Shown here: piece by piece, positions 36,754 to 51,600 of the stretch | Layout of the letters: each line of letters starts with the position of its first letter | Position numbering within the stretch: the stretch's first letter is position 1 | DNA from: Parasitella parasitica NRRL 2501 | Taxonomy: Eukaryota > Fungi > Mucoromycota | Assembly (NCBI GenBank): GCA_025201805.1 | Contig: MU619258.1 | Location: 62,001-126,000, forward strand | Length of the DNA stretch: 64,000 bases | Direction of reading: 5' to 3' | Position numbers and translations under genes: made by a program | The notes under the pieces: generated by a model | The model's database searches: none | The model's input: only the letters and a program-made list of their open reading frames with translations | What the model was told of the DNA's origin: nothing

Positions 36754-38868
36754 GATGAAGAATTGGTTTCAGTTAGTTGATATAGCTTGCAAAAAGAAAA
36801 TCATCAACTGGAGTGTAACAAAAAGGATATGGTATTCCAGCGCGTTTATCTGGACGAGTGACGTCAAACGAGGTTTGCCTTAAACTGATCATATTGCGCT
36901 GTGAAGAGTGGGGAAATACATTCACTCTACTGCTGATTCTAGTCTGTTATCCTAGTATCATGCTGCGTTCCATCGAATGATTAAAACTTCCTACTTGGCG
37001 ATGCTGCATCAATCATTTCAAACTAAAAGAGGCACATCTTACAGAATTTTCTCTCCTGCAGGTGCATAAAATGTCTAGAACCTATTTTTGAAAATTTAAA
37101 TCATTTTTGAGGCATAATGTAATTTTTTCAAATTTGAAATAATGTGTCTTTATTCATTTTACCTTATGGACTCTCATGAAAAGTTGCTGTAAATCAATCA
37201 CCTATTCTTGTTGGATATGTGCTAGGTAAAAGAACAACAAACTGCGGCGTCATTTTAAGCACTCGATTCGACTAAAAATGGTATAATTTCGATAAATATC
37301 GTTCAAATCAAGTGCAAAATTGGTGGCGGTAATGCAGAGCTCACCTGGCAATCTATTTTATAATGTCTCCACAACGATGTATTTGGTGCACAGAGAACAA
37401 CTAGCGAAAATTGGGTATAGACAATCATTTAGATACGTAAGAATACATTTTCTTGCAAAATATAAACTACAGTATTGAAACATTGGACATTTCAGAAGTT
37501 TCGTCAAATTTATGTAATATACAATGTGCTGCATGCTAAATCCATTTCATGATGATCTTTCAGGGCAAAGTTTGTATGGTATATAGCCACAGAAATGTAT
37601 GATGGCATAATATATATATTTATGTGGATATATAGCAACAGTCCGGATTATTGTTTGCGTTTGCCTATAATCGAGAATTCGACATCATTAATTTTAAAAG
37701 GGAAATTTGTCTATTTCAATATATAAAAAGAATCTATAATGCCCATGAACATTTAATCTGCTGCTTTTCTATGGCATTTTTCAACCAGAGATAAATGGAA
37801 TTGCACAACATCGAATTATAGTGGTATGCCCAAGTATGTTACTCTGGCATTGCTCTAGTTTTAAATATCCTGGTATTCTGAATTGACGAATAATGACCAG
37901 AGAGCTCTAGACATTTTTAGCAAAGACTTTGCAATGTAAGGCTCGTAAGAAGCAAAAAGTTTTGGATACAGTGGAGTGTAAGCAGGAATCTGCCCTTCTC
38001 CACATGCGTAGCAATGAAAATGCTTGAAATACATGGTTATTTTTGGTTTCATTAGCTGGCTAAAGACAAAGACAGATATAAATCTATACCCATATTGAGA
38101 AAAGATCGAGATTCCATCATCATCAAAGAGATACGCTAAACGTTTCTTTGCAAATAAAAATGTTTTTTTCATGTGCTCATGAATACGATAACAAACGATC
38201 TCCTTGATTTCTCCTTAATACCACTATTTAGTATATTGTTAAAATTGGTTTTGCTACTCTCGGGATCCCCTCCGTTCATCAAACATGATGATCAATCTTG
38301 CTATATTTTTCTAATACTCCATGTGTCTACTACAGAAAGTTACATGATGAAAGCAAAAAACTGCATACATATCTTGTTGATAGTTACGGATTTATGTTTG
38401 TATATATTTTTACAACATTATTCATATGCTACATATGCTACAGATGTTCTTTACGAAAGCTTGAACACAAATAAAGCATATTTATTCATAAGGTTTCGTC
38501 CAACGATTTTGGCTTGAATTGTACGACACCAACAGCTGCGAAAAACGCCTCAAGTTGTACACAATAATTATAACTGGTACCTTTGAAAGTACAGCATGCA
38601 TATTTGCAGCGGTATAACAGTACCAAGAAAGCTCTTTCAACAGTACTGATTTTCATTCTTGTCAGGCTTCAAGGTCGATCAATCCATGGTGAATGATGAA
38701 GTTTCATTATCAGGATATCCATATGAAAGCACCTTAAACGTTACAACATTAAAAATATCCCGAGACCCTTTTTTTCGAGGAAATGCATTATATGAAACTG
38801 CAGTTGTCTTTACATATGCAAGAAGTTTTGTACAGTACATTTATACGCGTCTTGGACCACCCTAATGA

Positions 38869-38871
<3 letters not shown>

Positions 38872-38901
<30 letters not shown>
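38872..38901. repeat. (AT)n microsatellite
   Basis: About 15 AT units seen directly. Confidence 0.95.
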
Positions 38902-38904
<3 letters not shown>

Positions 38905-39424
38905 CGTGTCTATAGAACGGATACCAGTGCTTCGTTTCAAAAACATTAGAATGTCAAAGTTTCCCATGTATCAGCTTTACAGGATAGGAATCAAAGCTGG
39001 TGAAAGGGAGACCTTGCTCATAAAAGTCTAGTCCTTTCCCCTTGATTTTACTCACGGGCCTGCTTGAAATAGATTCTTTTACTGTTTATTTTGGTTGGCT
39101 TTTCACAGTTTGCATAAGTATTTATATGTTTGATTTATGACACTCACCGAATCTACTCAAGAAAAATGAGCAATAATAACCTCAAATCAGACAATTCCAC
39201 TTATCGGCGTAAGTTTATAAATGGCAAGTAACTGTAGCAATCTTTGCTTGTTGTCAAAAATACAAACAAGTTTCAAGATAAATAACTATTTGTGATACCA
39301 TTGTAGTACAAACACAGTGTTCCCAATGCATAAAAGTTCGAACGCCCATTTCGCCGTTATATAAATTGCTTAGAAACGTATCCCCTTTTATTTTCACATT
39401 TTGCTCATTTTTCAAATCATCTTT

Positions 39425-39479
39425 NNNNNNNNNNNNNNNNNNNNNNNNNNNNNNNNNNNNNNNNNNNNNNNNNNNNNNN
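39425..39479. other. Assembly gap (N run)
   Basis: 55 Ns just upstream of the giant gene. Confidence 1.
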
Positions 39480-39614
39480 TTAAAAAAAAATATCTATCAA
39501 AAGTTTCTGTATTTTTGCATTTTCTTGTTTTTAAACACACAAACACTACTTGTATCAAAAAAAAAAAAAATATCTCTTTTTAACCCTTTAATTTTGATTT
39601 GAAAAAAAAAAAAA

Positions 39615-42600
39615 ATGACATCTTTTCCAAAAGGTTGGTTTTTCATAAAAAACCAAAACAATGGATACGTTTTATCTATTGAAAAATCCACTGCTGGTGA
39701 ATCCATCGTGATTGCAACTATGAAAAGCAAAGATTTTGATTCTCAACTTTGGCAACACGGCGAGGATGATCGTCTCCACAACAAAAAGACTGGGTTTGTC
39801 CTTGACATCCGCAAAGGTAAGTTTAACAACGGCGCTTCAACTACTTTGTTTTACCCCTGGATCTGCCTGTGCTAATGTTTCACCTGTCAAAATGAACTAG
39901 GCCAAGCTAAAGCTGGGTCCGATGTTGTGCAGCAAAACGAATCCGACTCTTCTGAATGCCAGAAATTTGGCGTCTCATCTGATGGTCATATTTATCTGAA
40001 GAAGGATCAAAAGTTGGTTCTGGGCATCAAGGAGTCATTCTTTACTCGTCGTGAAGGTCAACATGTCCATCTTCAAAGTCTTGATAAGAATGTTAAGGAT
40101 AGCAAGGAACAGCGTTGGGATTTCTTTTCGCCCTCTCAGAAGCGCTCTGTTTCCGTCAATAACCCTATAGACAGCTTGAAGCGTACTATAAGCGGTGCCT
40201 CTCTTGGTAGTTTCAGTAGCTCGTCTACCAATACTCATGGTAAAGTGCAAGATAAACTGCACAGTTCCAACGCGTATTAATATTTGAAAGTAGATGATGA
40301 TGGCTGTCTAGACGACTCGCAACACAATCAACTGAGTAACTTCCCTGACACTGAATTCTTTATCAAGTCTGACGCCACTGGCTATTTTGTTGGCGTTGAT
40401 GCTGCTGCTGTGAATAGTCCAGGTGCTCGTCTTTCACTTGAGCCTCTTCGTAAAAACAACTATGAGAGCCAGCTCTGGCATTACGACGTTATTACTGGTC
40501 GTTTGATCAATAAAAATTCTGGCTTCACCCTAAGTGCCGAAGAGATCTCTGACGAATCTCTTGTATGTCAATCTTCAAGCACCAGCGAGAAAGATTTGCC
40601 TGGTCAGTCTTGGAATCTCTCCGGCTCTGGTGAAATCAAATTGAAGCATGAACAGCACAGCTTTGTTCTTGGCTACAAGAAGGATAGCTGGTTTGGGTTG
40701 AATCGCGAAGGTTCTCCTGTTTTACTTCAAAAGCAGACCGACGGAAAAACTCACTCCCACCAGCGTTTTGTTGTTGTTTTGCCTGTTTTCAAAAAGAAGA
40801 CGACCGAGATTGTCAATGTTACTGAACAACAAGGCGTCTTTCCTGAAGGCTACTTTTTCATCAAGAATCAAAAGCACGGCCTTGTCATCTCTGTGCTTGA
40901 AACTGACAAATTGGCTGCTGAAATCATTGCCTCCAACCTGGACACTCGCAACTTTAACCGTCAATTATGGAAGTTCAATGACGGCTTCCTCATAAACAAG
41001 GCATCCAACCTTGTCTTGGATGTCCGTGGAGGTAAATGCCACTATATAGACGCATTGGCAAGTGTTATATTGACACCTACTATTTTGTACAGGCTGCATT
41101 GAAAAGGGCTCTGAGCTTTGCCAATACAAGCAAAAGCAGGAAGGGTTTGAGAACCAACAATGGGGGCTTACTGTTGAGGGTTTCATCCACGCCAAAACTC
41201 ACAAGAACATGGTTCTGGCTATTTCCAACAGAAAGGACACTGATTCCAACGTCTTTTTGACAGATAAAAAGACGCCCGATCATGAAGAGCAGAGATGGAA
41301 CTTTGTACTGCCTGTGTTCAAGCAGAAGTCTAGTAAGTAGGAGCTGCACTAGTAGTATGTATAGCAACTCAACACATCCCACTCTAGCCACTACCACCGA
41401 GACTACCGTGAAGAAATCTGTCAGCTATCACCACTATGCGCAATACCCTAGCGGCTGGTTCTTTATCCGTTCCTTCGTTGGAGGCTCTTCTACCGATGCC
41501 CCTCTTGTTTTGACTGCAGAAAGCAACTCGTCTCACGTTGTTCTTTCCAAGATCAGCAAGCAGGATTGGCAATATCAGCTCTGGATGTACTGGAATGGCG
41601 TTTTGATCAACTTTGCTACTCAATTAGCCATCGATGTAGTCAATGACAGTAAGTTCTGCACCCCTTCCCTCATTCCCCTACCAAATGCCTTCTATAACAT
41701 TTAACACATTTTGCCAACTTGTATAGATATCAACGCTGGTTCTGCTATTAGCCAGGAAGTCCGCAAAGCTGGTGATGTTGGCCAAAGGTGGAGTTTAACA
41801 GTCGATGGCTATCTTGTTCATGGATCGAATCCTTCCTTGACACTTGTTCCCCAGGTTGCCGAAGAGAACACGTACAAGCTCTGCCTCGCAGACCATGCTT
41901 CATCTTCTCAGCAAGACAACCGCTGGGGTCTTTTGTCTCCTGAAGTCAAGATTGAGAACAACATGCAAGTTCTCGTTCGCTGGAGTGTAACTCTTTTGTC
42001 TGAATGGAAAAAATCCACTGAGCAGACGATCCAAAAAGTTGTTCATCGCATTGCTGACTGGCCGCAAGATACCTTCTTTATTAGCGCCCAGGATGGTTTA
42101 GCATTGGCGCCCGAGAAATCGGAAGCCTTTTCTTTCTTGGTTGTCAAAAAACTGGAACTTGGACAAAGCGAACACTTTAAATGGACTTTCCGCAATGGTT
42201 ATGTTGTGCATGTTGCCACAGGCCTAGTTTTGCATGCTTCAGGTAAATTCTGCACATTTTTATAGATTCAATGTTTATTGACATTTGCTTCCCTTATAGA
42301 TGACCTTGTTGGTGGCAGTCAGCTTCAAATTCGCGAAGAGCTCTTGGCCGACTCCAAAACCATTGACCAACGCCAGAAATGGGTCATCAAGACGGATGGT
42401 TCTATCGTCTCTGATCTCAAGACTAACCTTGGTTTTGCATTGATCCAACAAGCCAACCAGTATATGGTTCAACTTGCTTACACAAGCAACACAAGTGAAC
42501 ATTACAGCTGGGGCTTTGTCCGAGGACACTATGAGAACAGATACAGCCAGGTTTACAAGAAGGAAGTTAGCGTTGTAACTCGTACTGAACGTATTTTGTT

Positions 42601-45600
42601 GACTGTACGCACTCAGTGGGGTAAGTAGAGAAGGGATGCCCTGTACTTTATAAACGTTGTTGCTCACCATTTGCTGTATCCATAGCTGCATCCAACGCAA
42701 ACACCAAGTTGGTATCTCACTCTTACGGTGTCTTCCCCGAGAATTGGTTCTACATTCGCTCCAAGGAAGACAAGACGCTTGTTTTGACTGCTCCTAGCCG
42801 TAAAGAGGGTGCCAAGCTGACACTCTCCAAGCTCGATTTCAAGGTTTTCCGCCGTCAGTTATGGCATACGCAGGACAATGGCTGCCTTGTCAACTTGGAT
42901 TCTGATCTCGTCATTGACGTTGCAGGAGGAGCCTTTAATGTGGGCAGTGATATTATCCAGTGGCACGAGAAATACCTGCGCAGACACCGCAAGAATCAAC
43001 TCTGGGGTCTCTCTGTAGATGGGCATCTGCATCCCAAGTCTCGTCCTGGACTGGTTCTCGGAGCCAAGGGAAACAAGGCCTTTGATGGCGTTCAAATCCA
43101 ATTGCACGCCCGTGGTGCGTTGGATCTTAACTATCAACAATGGACATTCGCCACTCCAATCTTTGGCAGAACTATTTCTGGTGTAAAGGGAGTATCCGCT
43201 GCTGGCGTGTTGGAGCAGAACGATGATTCTGTCTTTATTGACAGCGTTGACGAAGCTTCATTTGAGACATCCACCACGGATCGCTACGAGCGCAAGACCA
43301 AGCTGACGGTTGTCCGTCGCTGGGGTCTGTTCCCGGAAGGAGGCTTCTTTATTCGTGCTGGCTATGGTGATGAGCATCTTGCACTCACTGTTGAAAAGAG
43401 ATCTCGCACTGGCGAAGATGGCGGTGTCGAGCATGAAGTGACATTGAGGCCCATCAATTTTAAAGAGTATCAGTGGCATTTCTGGGCTTATCAAGAGGGC
43501 CATCTTATCAATCTTCAGACCGGCTTTGCTTTAGATGCTCGCACCACCAAGGGTCTTTTGGTTGAGGATGGTCTTCGCAACCCACTTTTTGTCCGCGAAA
43601 AATCCATGTCGGAAACGCAGTTCTGGTCTCTCACTGCTGAGGGCGAGATTTTCTTGCGCTCTGACCAACACCTTGTCGTTGGTGTTTCCAACTCTCGCCG
43701 AGTATCTGTCTCTGGCGCTCAAGTAGGTGCTCGTGAACTGCGTGTACGCAAGTTCTTGAACGACCAGGGTCAACAAGAGACTTCCATCAAATCTGAAAAG
43801 TGGTTGAGATGGCTGTTCTCCAAACCCGTCTACCGCAAGACTACTACTTCTACGACAACCAGCACTACAACAACTTTGGTCACTGCAGAGTCTGCAAGCT
43901 CTACCGCCGCTGCGGGCGAAATTGTTGAAGGCTTTGAGGACCAAAAGCTAAGTGTCAAACAAAAGGAGGAATCTGCTGATGATTACACCACCGATGACGA
44001 CAGCGACAGCGACAGCAATGATTCTGACAGTGACAACGAAGTGGAGACAAGCAAAAAGCTTAATCTCATTGGCAACTTGGGCATCGCTACTGCAGGTGCT
44101 ACCATCTTGGCTGGAGCTGGTGGCATGATCACTGATGTGATTACCTCTGCCCCCCAAAGCATTTCGCCTGCCGTCGTGGGAAAGAAAATGAAGCAGGGAT
44201 CAGGCATCAAGCAATCTTTGGCTAAAAAGACATCTTACAAGTCTCTCAGGAACGAGCGCAAGGATTCCTTCCACGCCAGTGCTGATTATGTGCCCACTGG
44301 TTTTGAAAAGGTTGTTCGCTACAAGACACATCAGCAGCCCAACTTTCCAACTGCCGGTTACTTTATGATCAAGAGTCATCTCCATGGCTACGTATTTGAC
44401 ATTGCCAACGGTGAGGCCAAGGATGGTGCCTTTGTAGTGCTTTCCCCCATCAGATCAGTCGACTTTGCAAGCCAATTGTGGTCTTACAAAGATGGCCGTG
44501 TGTTCAATCTCAAGGGCCATAACCTTGTTTTGGACGCCTCTATGACTGATACCATTACAGCCGGCGAGAGACTGGTTATCTCGGTTCAGAAATCGTCTTT
44601 GGGATTGTCTGATCAATACTGGGAATTTGGCACTGAGGGCGGCTTGATTTGCTTAAAGTCTAAGCGCAATTTGGTGCTTGGTGTCAAGGAGCTCAACCGC
44701 GTTACAGATCAAAATGCGTCGGTCGATGTCTATCTTCAAGAAGAAAAGTCCCATCTCAAGAGCAACTTTGGTCGTCCTGAGCAACGTTGGGAAATCAAGG
44801 TTCCTGCTTTGATTCCTGTTGAGCAAACTACAAACACCACGTCTGAATCCAAATATACCATTATTGAGGGCGGTAAGATCAGTGCCATCTCCAGCTCGGT
44901 GTCTGCTATCATTGCATTCAAATGGTTAAAGGAAACCTTCCACCACAAGGTTACTGCCAACAACCAATGGCCCACCTCTCAAAACTGGTTCTTTATTCGT
45001 ATCGGTAATGAAAATGCCTTTTTGTCTTCCGGAAGCGCTGACTCTAGCGAGGTCAAATTTGTTTCTCTTGGTCAAAACGAGGATCACAAGCAATTCTTGT
45101 GGGTGTATGTCAATGGGTACTTGGTAAATTACAAGTACATGTTACGCCTTGTCTATGACAAGCAATGTAAGTGTGTTTTAGGGTGTAAAAATAGAAGGCG
45201 TATAAGTTAACCTATCCTAATTAGCCAACAAGCTTTTGCTTTCCAATGATACTAAAACTCTTGATCAAGCTTTCTGTGTCTCCAGCCAAGGCAACTTGTC
45301 TGTGAAGATCCAGTCTGAATCCACCTTCTTTACTGTTGCTTCTGCACACTCGGAGCACCATTCGTACGAACTTGTATCTTCGACTGTTGAAAACACGACT
45401 GAAGCTGAGCACTCGCTTCAATTGCACGTTCCTGTATTCTCTGACGTTGAGGTTGAAAAGGAATCCAAGATTGCTCTTTCTACAGTAACGTCTTGGATCG
45501 AGTCTTCTCGTAAGAACTCTTCCACTACCACCACCTCTACCACCACAACTACTACTACCAAGGTATCTCAGTTCTATGGTGTATTCCCTGCTGGCACCTG

Positions 45601-48600
45601 GTTCTTCATCAAGGCTCAATCCAAGGAGGGAGACAGCCTTGTCCTTGCTGTCAAGGACTCTTCTTCCAAATCTGGAGCATCCTTGATTTTAAAGAAGTTG
45701 AACTTTAAGGACTACCGTAGTCAATTGTGGACTTTCCGCAACGGTCTGCTAATCAACTATGGTAGCAAGCTTGTGATTGATGTGAATGGCGAGATTAACG
45801 AGTTCTCCAAATTGATTCAATCTGCTGAGGCAGGTGTTAGCACTCAAAAATGGTCTCTTACTTGCGATGGTTATATTCAATTGGACAGTTACTCTCAATA
45901 TACATTCGGCTATACTCAAGCTGACAAGATTGCTGAGGGCATCGAGGTCGCTCTTGTTGCAGCCAAGTCGTATGAGGAGTCATCCACTACCCAATCCATC
46001 GCTTGGAGATTCTCTGTGCCAGTCTTTGGCAAAACAGCAGCCTCTGCTGCATCCACCGCCATCACTACAACCACCACCACTACCACAATTACGACGACTA
46101 TCTCGTCTATCGAGAGAATTACTGCTTGTATTGAGCAAGGTGCTCTTATTGAGAGTGTCGAGGAAGCTGATATCAAGGTTGAGGACATTTCTGTAAAAAA
46201 GAACAATGCTGTCAACAATGCAACTTCTTCCGCAACCGCCGCTGTTGTCAAGGAAAAGCATCATGGATTCCAAGATGTCCTTACTAGTGTTGGTATTGCA
46301 GTTACTGCTGGTGTTGTAGCCGTTGGCGCTGTTGAAGGAGCCTCCAAGATTGCTGAAAAGATCTCTGAGCACAAAGAAGAGAAAAAGACTGAGCAAAAGA
46401 AGGCCGAATCTGCCTCTTCCGCTACTGCTGTCGTCAAGCAAGATCAAAAGCAAGAAGCTTCCTCCACCACCGCATCTGCTGTTACTGATAAAAACAAGGC
46501 CACTGAAACCATTGTTGTTCGTCGCTCTCAGCGTACATCGATTCAAATTATTGAGGAATCTCGTGTCATCATTCGTGCTTGGAAGATTGTCTTTAGCCAG
46601 CGTGTTCATCATTGCAAGACAAAGGAAGAGCTCGTCCAGACTATTGAGGAATCTCGCGAAGAGTTGTACAGACGCTTGGACGAACATCTGCGTGTGCATG
46701 CTTCCGTAGACCATCTGATTTCTGGTTCTGTTCCTGAATGGCATGTCTCTATTCAACAGGTCAAGGAACTGTACAGAGCTCGTGTTTTTGACAGATTCTT
46801 GGATCGTTTGAGCCACAAAGAGATTGCTGACGTTTCCAGTCTTGATTTTGACTCTGTCCTGTCATCTGCTACTCAGGAGGTCGAGAATCATTACAGTCTT
46901 GTCATTGAAAACCAAACCAAGGTCCTTTCCGAGTCAAGCAACTCCACTGTCCAAAAGACCCAACATTGCCAAGATGTATCCATCCAAGAAAATGTTCTTG
47001 TTACTATTGATACCATCAAGGTCACTGTTCGTTATTGGTTTATCGGCTTGTACGAAACTATTTCCGCTGCTAGAAACAAGGGCTCTTCTGAAGAGGAAAT
47101 CAAGGTTATCATTGAAAATTCTCGCAAGGAACTTTCCAATGAGCTGGCCAGTATCAAGACTTCTGCTACAAGTCATATCGAGAACTCTTCTTCCACTCTT
47201 TTGACTTCCAAGCAGACATCAATCAGCAACACCATCCAAACAGCCATATCTCAAACAGAGAGCATTGTAAACACTCAAATCAGCACTGTCTGTTCTGAGA
47301 AAAAGTACCTTCATACCGAGGAACATTGGTTGGATGTCACTCGTGTCACCGAAGAAACTCTTTCTGGTCAATTAAAGGTGTATCAAACTGCCATCACTCA
47401 GGAGATCTCAGAGGTTCAAAAGACTGAGATTGACAAGTCGGATCAGGCTGAAATTTCTGTTGTTTTGGATGAAAAAATGGTCGCTGTTGCTCAACAGACG
47501 GTTGCCAACAAGCTCACTGAAACCCAAATCAAGCTCTCCAGCTGGTACACTGAAGTTACGCAACAAATTTCTTGGCTTTTGGAAGAAAGCAAGACGTCTT
47601 CTTCTACTACTACTACTACGTCGTCTGAAGAGATTGTCAAGCAGGACGCACTGGCTATTGTTGACGCTGCTCAAGTCGAGATCAATACTCGTATCGAGGA
47701 GACCAAGCTTGTCGTTCGTGCTTACTATGCTCATTTGACCTACTTGAGCTGGGCTGAGCGCCGTCGCATTGAGTACGCTTTGGACAACATCAAGGCATCT
47801 CTGACTGCTAGCATCACTCAGTTCAAAAAGTCAATTGACAAGAGTCAGGTAACCAAGGAGGACATCGTTCGCTACTCTAGCTATTCGTTCGGTGCCACGG
47901 CTTCTCGCATTGTTATGACTGACTTGCAAACCATCGTTGTCAAGGTTACCAATGTCAAGGAAACCACAACTGTTGTGAATAAGTCTGATGAAATTCAAGC
48001 CGAAAAAACCAAGGTTGCTCTTGCTGAAACTGTCATCAAGGACAAGGTCACTGAAGTTACCAAGACGACTGCTGAACAGGTTGAGGTTGCCAAGTCAAGC
48101 AAAGACGAGGTTGCCAAGAAGACCGAATCTTCCAAGGTTGATCAAGTCAAGAAGGCTGAGAAAGTCAATATTGATCAGCAAACCAAGATTGTCGACAAGG
48201 TTGAATCTGAAGTGGAGCAAACCAAGGTCAGCAAGGTTGATAACAAGCAGGCTTCAAGCAGCGTCGCTGTTGTTGATAGCCAAAAATCATCTGAAAGTGG
48301 TCATGGTAAAGCGGCTGTTGTTTCAACTGCTGTTATTGGAGCTGCTGCCGCTGCTATAGCTGGTGCTGCCATTATGCATCATCATGAAGCAAAGGCTGAA
48401 TCTAAGACTGATGTTGCTGCCAAGGTACCTGTTGCTACCGCTCCTGTCATTGAGCAGCCAGCCAAGGATACTGTTGTTGTTGGTGGTGGTAACAAGTCTG
48501 AAGTAATTCATGTCGACAACCAAACCTCAGCTTCATCAACTACTGCTACCTCAGCTGTGACCAAGCAAGAAAAATCTGAGACTCTTATTGTTGTTTATGA

Positions 48601-51600
48601 TCAAGTGCAAGTCATTGTTCAAGAATGGATTACCACATTGAATAAGCGTGTGTATGAATGTGCTCAAAAGAAGACGAGCACTACTCAACAAGAGATTGAT
48701 ACTATCGTTTATGAATCGCAACAGCAGCTTATCCTGGAAATTGAAAAGGCCAAGCGCAACACAACAGCTGTAATCGGCACATCTCAAACGTCCTTCCACG
48801 ACACTCTGTCTTGGGTTAGAAGCACTGTCTGGAAACAAGCTGTTGAAGTCAAACACATTGGTTATGAAATTGCTTCATCTACTGAAACCAGCACTACTCA
48901 TTTCGAAGAGAAGCTGGAGACATTGAAACAGACTACCTTGCAAAAGGTAGATGTAGAGATTCAAAAATCAAAGAAATCTGCTTCTGTTATTCATGTCGTT
49001 GGCCATGAACACGCTGCCGTCATTGCTGCTGGTAAGAAGTTTGAAGGTGTCGACTACTCCAAGTCATCTTGTGGTGGGTCTATCGAGAAGACAAAGGTTA
49101 CTGTCGGTATCCTCATCGAAGATACTCGTGTCACTGTCCAGCGACTTTTGAGAGACCTCACCTTCTCCATCACTGAACGCCGTAAGCAGGGTGGCGAGAA
49201 CGTGCAAGCTGACATTGATGTCATTGTCAAGACGCATCGCGAGGAGATTAGTGCTTACATTCTCAAATCCAAGACTGAATTTGAGCAAAGAATCACTTGT
49301 GTTCACCAATCTGCAAGCACTACTGCTTCTACCGCCGCCGACACCACCACCACCACGGCTACTGAAGCATCATCTTCTAGTGTTGATGTCGAAATAACCA
49401 ACGAGACCATCAAGAAGGTGCACTCAACCTTGGAGCAAATCCAAGAGAGTGTTTTTGTTCAAGTAACCAAAGTGGAGCAAGTGACTACATCGACAACTAT
49501 TACATCTGAAGTAGAGTATGATGAAAAGTTGACTACCATCACCCACGAAGCTTGCCAAAAGCTGGATGCTACATTGGCTGTGTCAGAGACGGTTATTGGC
49601 CATCATATTGAGGTGATTGCTGAATCGTCAGCTACCAAGCAGCAACAATCGTCAAGCAGCACTACTGACAAGACCGAGACAAAGGAGTCTAACAGTGTTT
49701 CTTTGGGTGTCGAGTATGGCCTTCTTGTTGTTTCTGAAACAACCAAGAAAGTGTCTAGTCAAATCTCTGCTCTGATCGAACAAGTACACCACCGTATTAC
49801 TGTAGGATCAGAGTCTCTTGAAACCGATATTCATGGCTACGCAACCAATTCTGACAAGGAACTGGATCTCATCTTTGAGGAGGCCAAGTCAAAGATTTCT
49901 TATGAGCTGTCCATGGTTGCATCGCACGAAAAGGTAGAAGAGGAGCATTTTATTGAATACCTTGAATCTATCCGTACATCGGCAAAGACGCGTATCAGTC
50001 AAATCCAAACTGTGGCCACTGATCACAAGGAGGAATCCAAGACTGTGTCCGAGAAGCTTCTTCAAATTGCAGAGGAATCTCGTCATGAGGTTACTGCTCA
50101 TTACGAATCTGTCAAGCAATCTGTAACCAAAAAGACTGAAAAAGCATCTCAAGTCGTGCATGGATCAGTTGGTCATGAAAGCTCTGCTGCTACTCAAGTT
50201 GTTGTGTCTCATACTGAGGAGCAAAAGAAACAACAAGAGCAAAAGAAGCAAGAGGAGCACAAGTCTTCTACTGATCTCGCCAAAAAGGTGCTCGTTGGTT
50301 CTGCCGCTGTTGCTGCAGGCACCGCCATTGCTGTTGAGGTAGCCAAGAAGCTGAACGAGCACAAGGAAAAGACGGAAAAGATTGAGCACACCGAGAAAGA
50401 AACCGCTGTTGTAGTGGAAGACGTCAAGGTTCAATTCAACAAGTGGATCTCTACACTCACTGAAACTGTCGTTACTCAGTCCAAGCAATCGCAAGTCTCA
50501 ACTGAGGAGATCTCCATTACCATTGAGAAATCCAAGGCCGAGTTCCTCGAGGTCATCAAGAAGGCAAAGTCCAGCCAAGTGATTACCGAAAAGCACCAAC
50601 ATGAGGTCTTGACTTGGATAGAAGAAACCGCTGTTGCTCAAGCATCTCGTATTCAAGAGATTGCTGTGCACTCATCCACCTCTTCTGCCATTGATATTGA
50701 ATCAAAGCTTCAAGTCATCAAGATCTCCACCAGTCAAGAAGTTGACATTGCTTTGGAAAAGTGCAAGAGCACCAAGTCTGCCGTGTCTGGGTATGTTGGT
50801 GTCACTGTCGAGCAGTTGAAGCAGAAGGAGGCTGCCCTGTTGGATATTCGCAGCGAGCTCGTAATTGTCGTTCAAGATGCCCGATCATCTTTGGTCACCT
50901 TCTTTGAAAAGTTTAGTAAATCCGTCGTCTCTCGTCTTGAGCAAGGCGGTGATAACATTGAGAAGGACCTTGCCATCTTGATTGCCAACACTCGCAAGGA
51001 GCTGTCGGTTTACGTCGAGAGTGTCAAGTCAACTGCTACCAAGCGATTGTCTGCTCTGGAAACCAAATCCTCCACTACTGTCATCTCCACTGCCGCTCTT
51101 TCCGGCATTGCTACTGCTGAAATCATTGCCGTCCTAAAGTCTAGTGAACAGCTGCTCGAGCAAAAGATTAACCGCGTGCATTCTAGTGTTTGGTACTTGG
51201 AGAAGAACCAGGACGTGACCAAGATTGTGGAGACCATCACCTCGATTCAGACTGAAACTACTGTCGAGATTACTGAAAAGGTGGAGAGCTCTCATTATGG
51301 ATTTGTCACTGCTATCAATGATCACCACAAATCAGGCCATGTCTCTACTGATGTCAGCAAGCACACGACCACTCAAACAGAGCAGCACGAAGCTGCACTC
51401 AAGACATCACTGTCTGTTCAGGAAGTCAAGATCACTATTCGCGAGTGGCTGCGTACTCTTGCTGAAAAGGTCTCTGTTTGTTCTCAAAAGGGCGGCTCTT
51501 CCGAAGAGATTGACGTTATTATCAAGAAAGAAAATGAAATCATTTTCGAATATCTTGATCAATCTGTCACCAAGATAACTGAATCTGTAAAGGCTGAGGA

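Noticed and set aside
36900-39400. Short ORFs (37861-38172, 38173-38517 and others)
   Set aside because: Stop-riddled and AT-rich. Possibly a decayed F-box/LRR-type gene, but no family could be supported.
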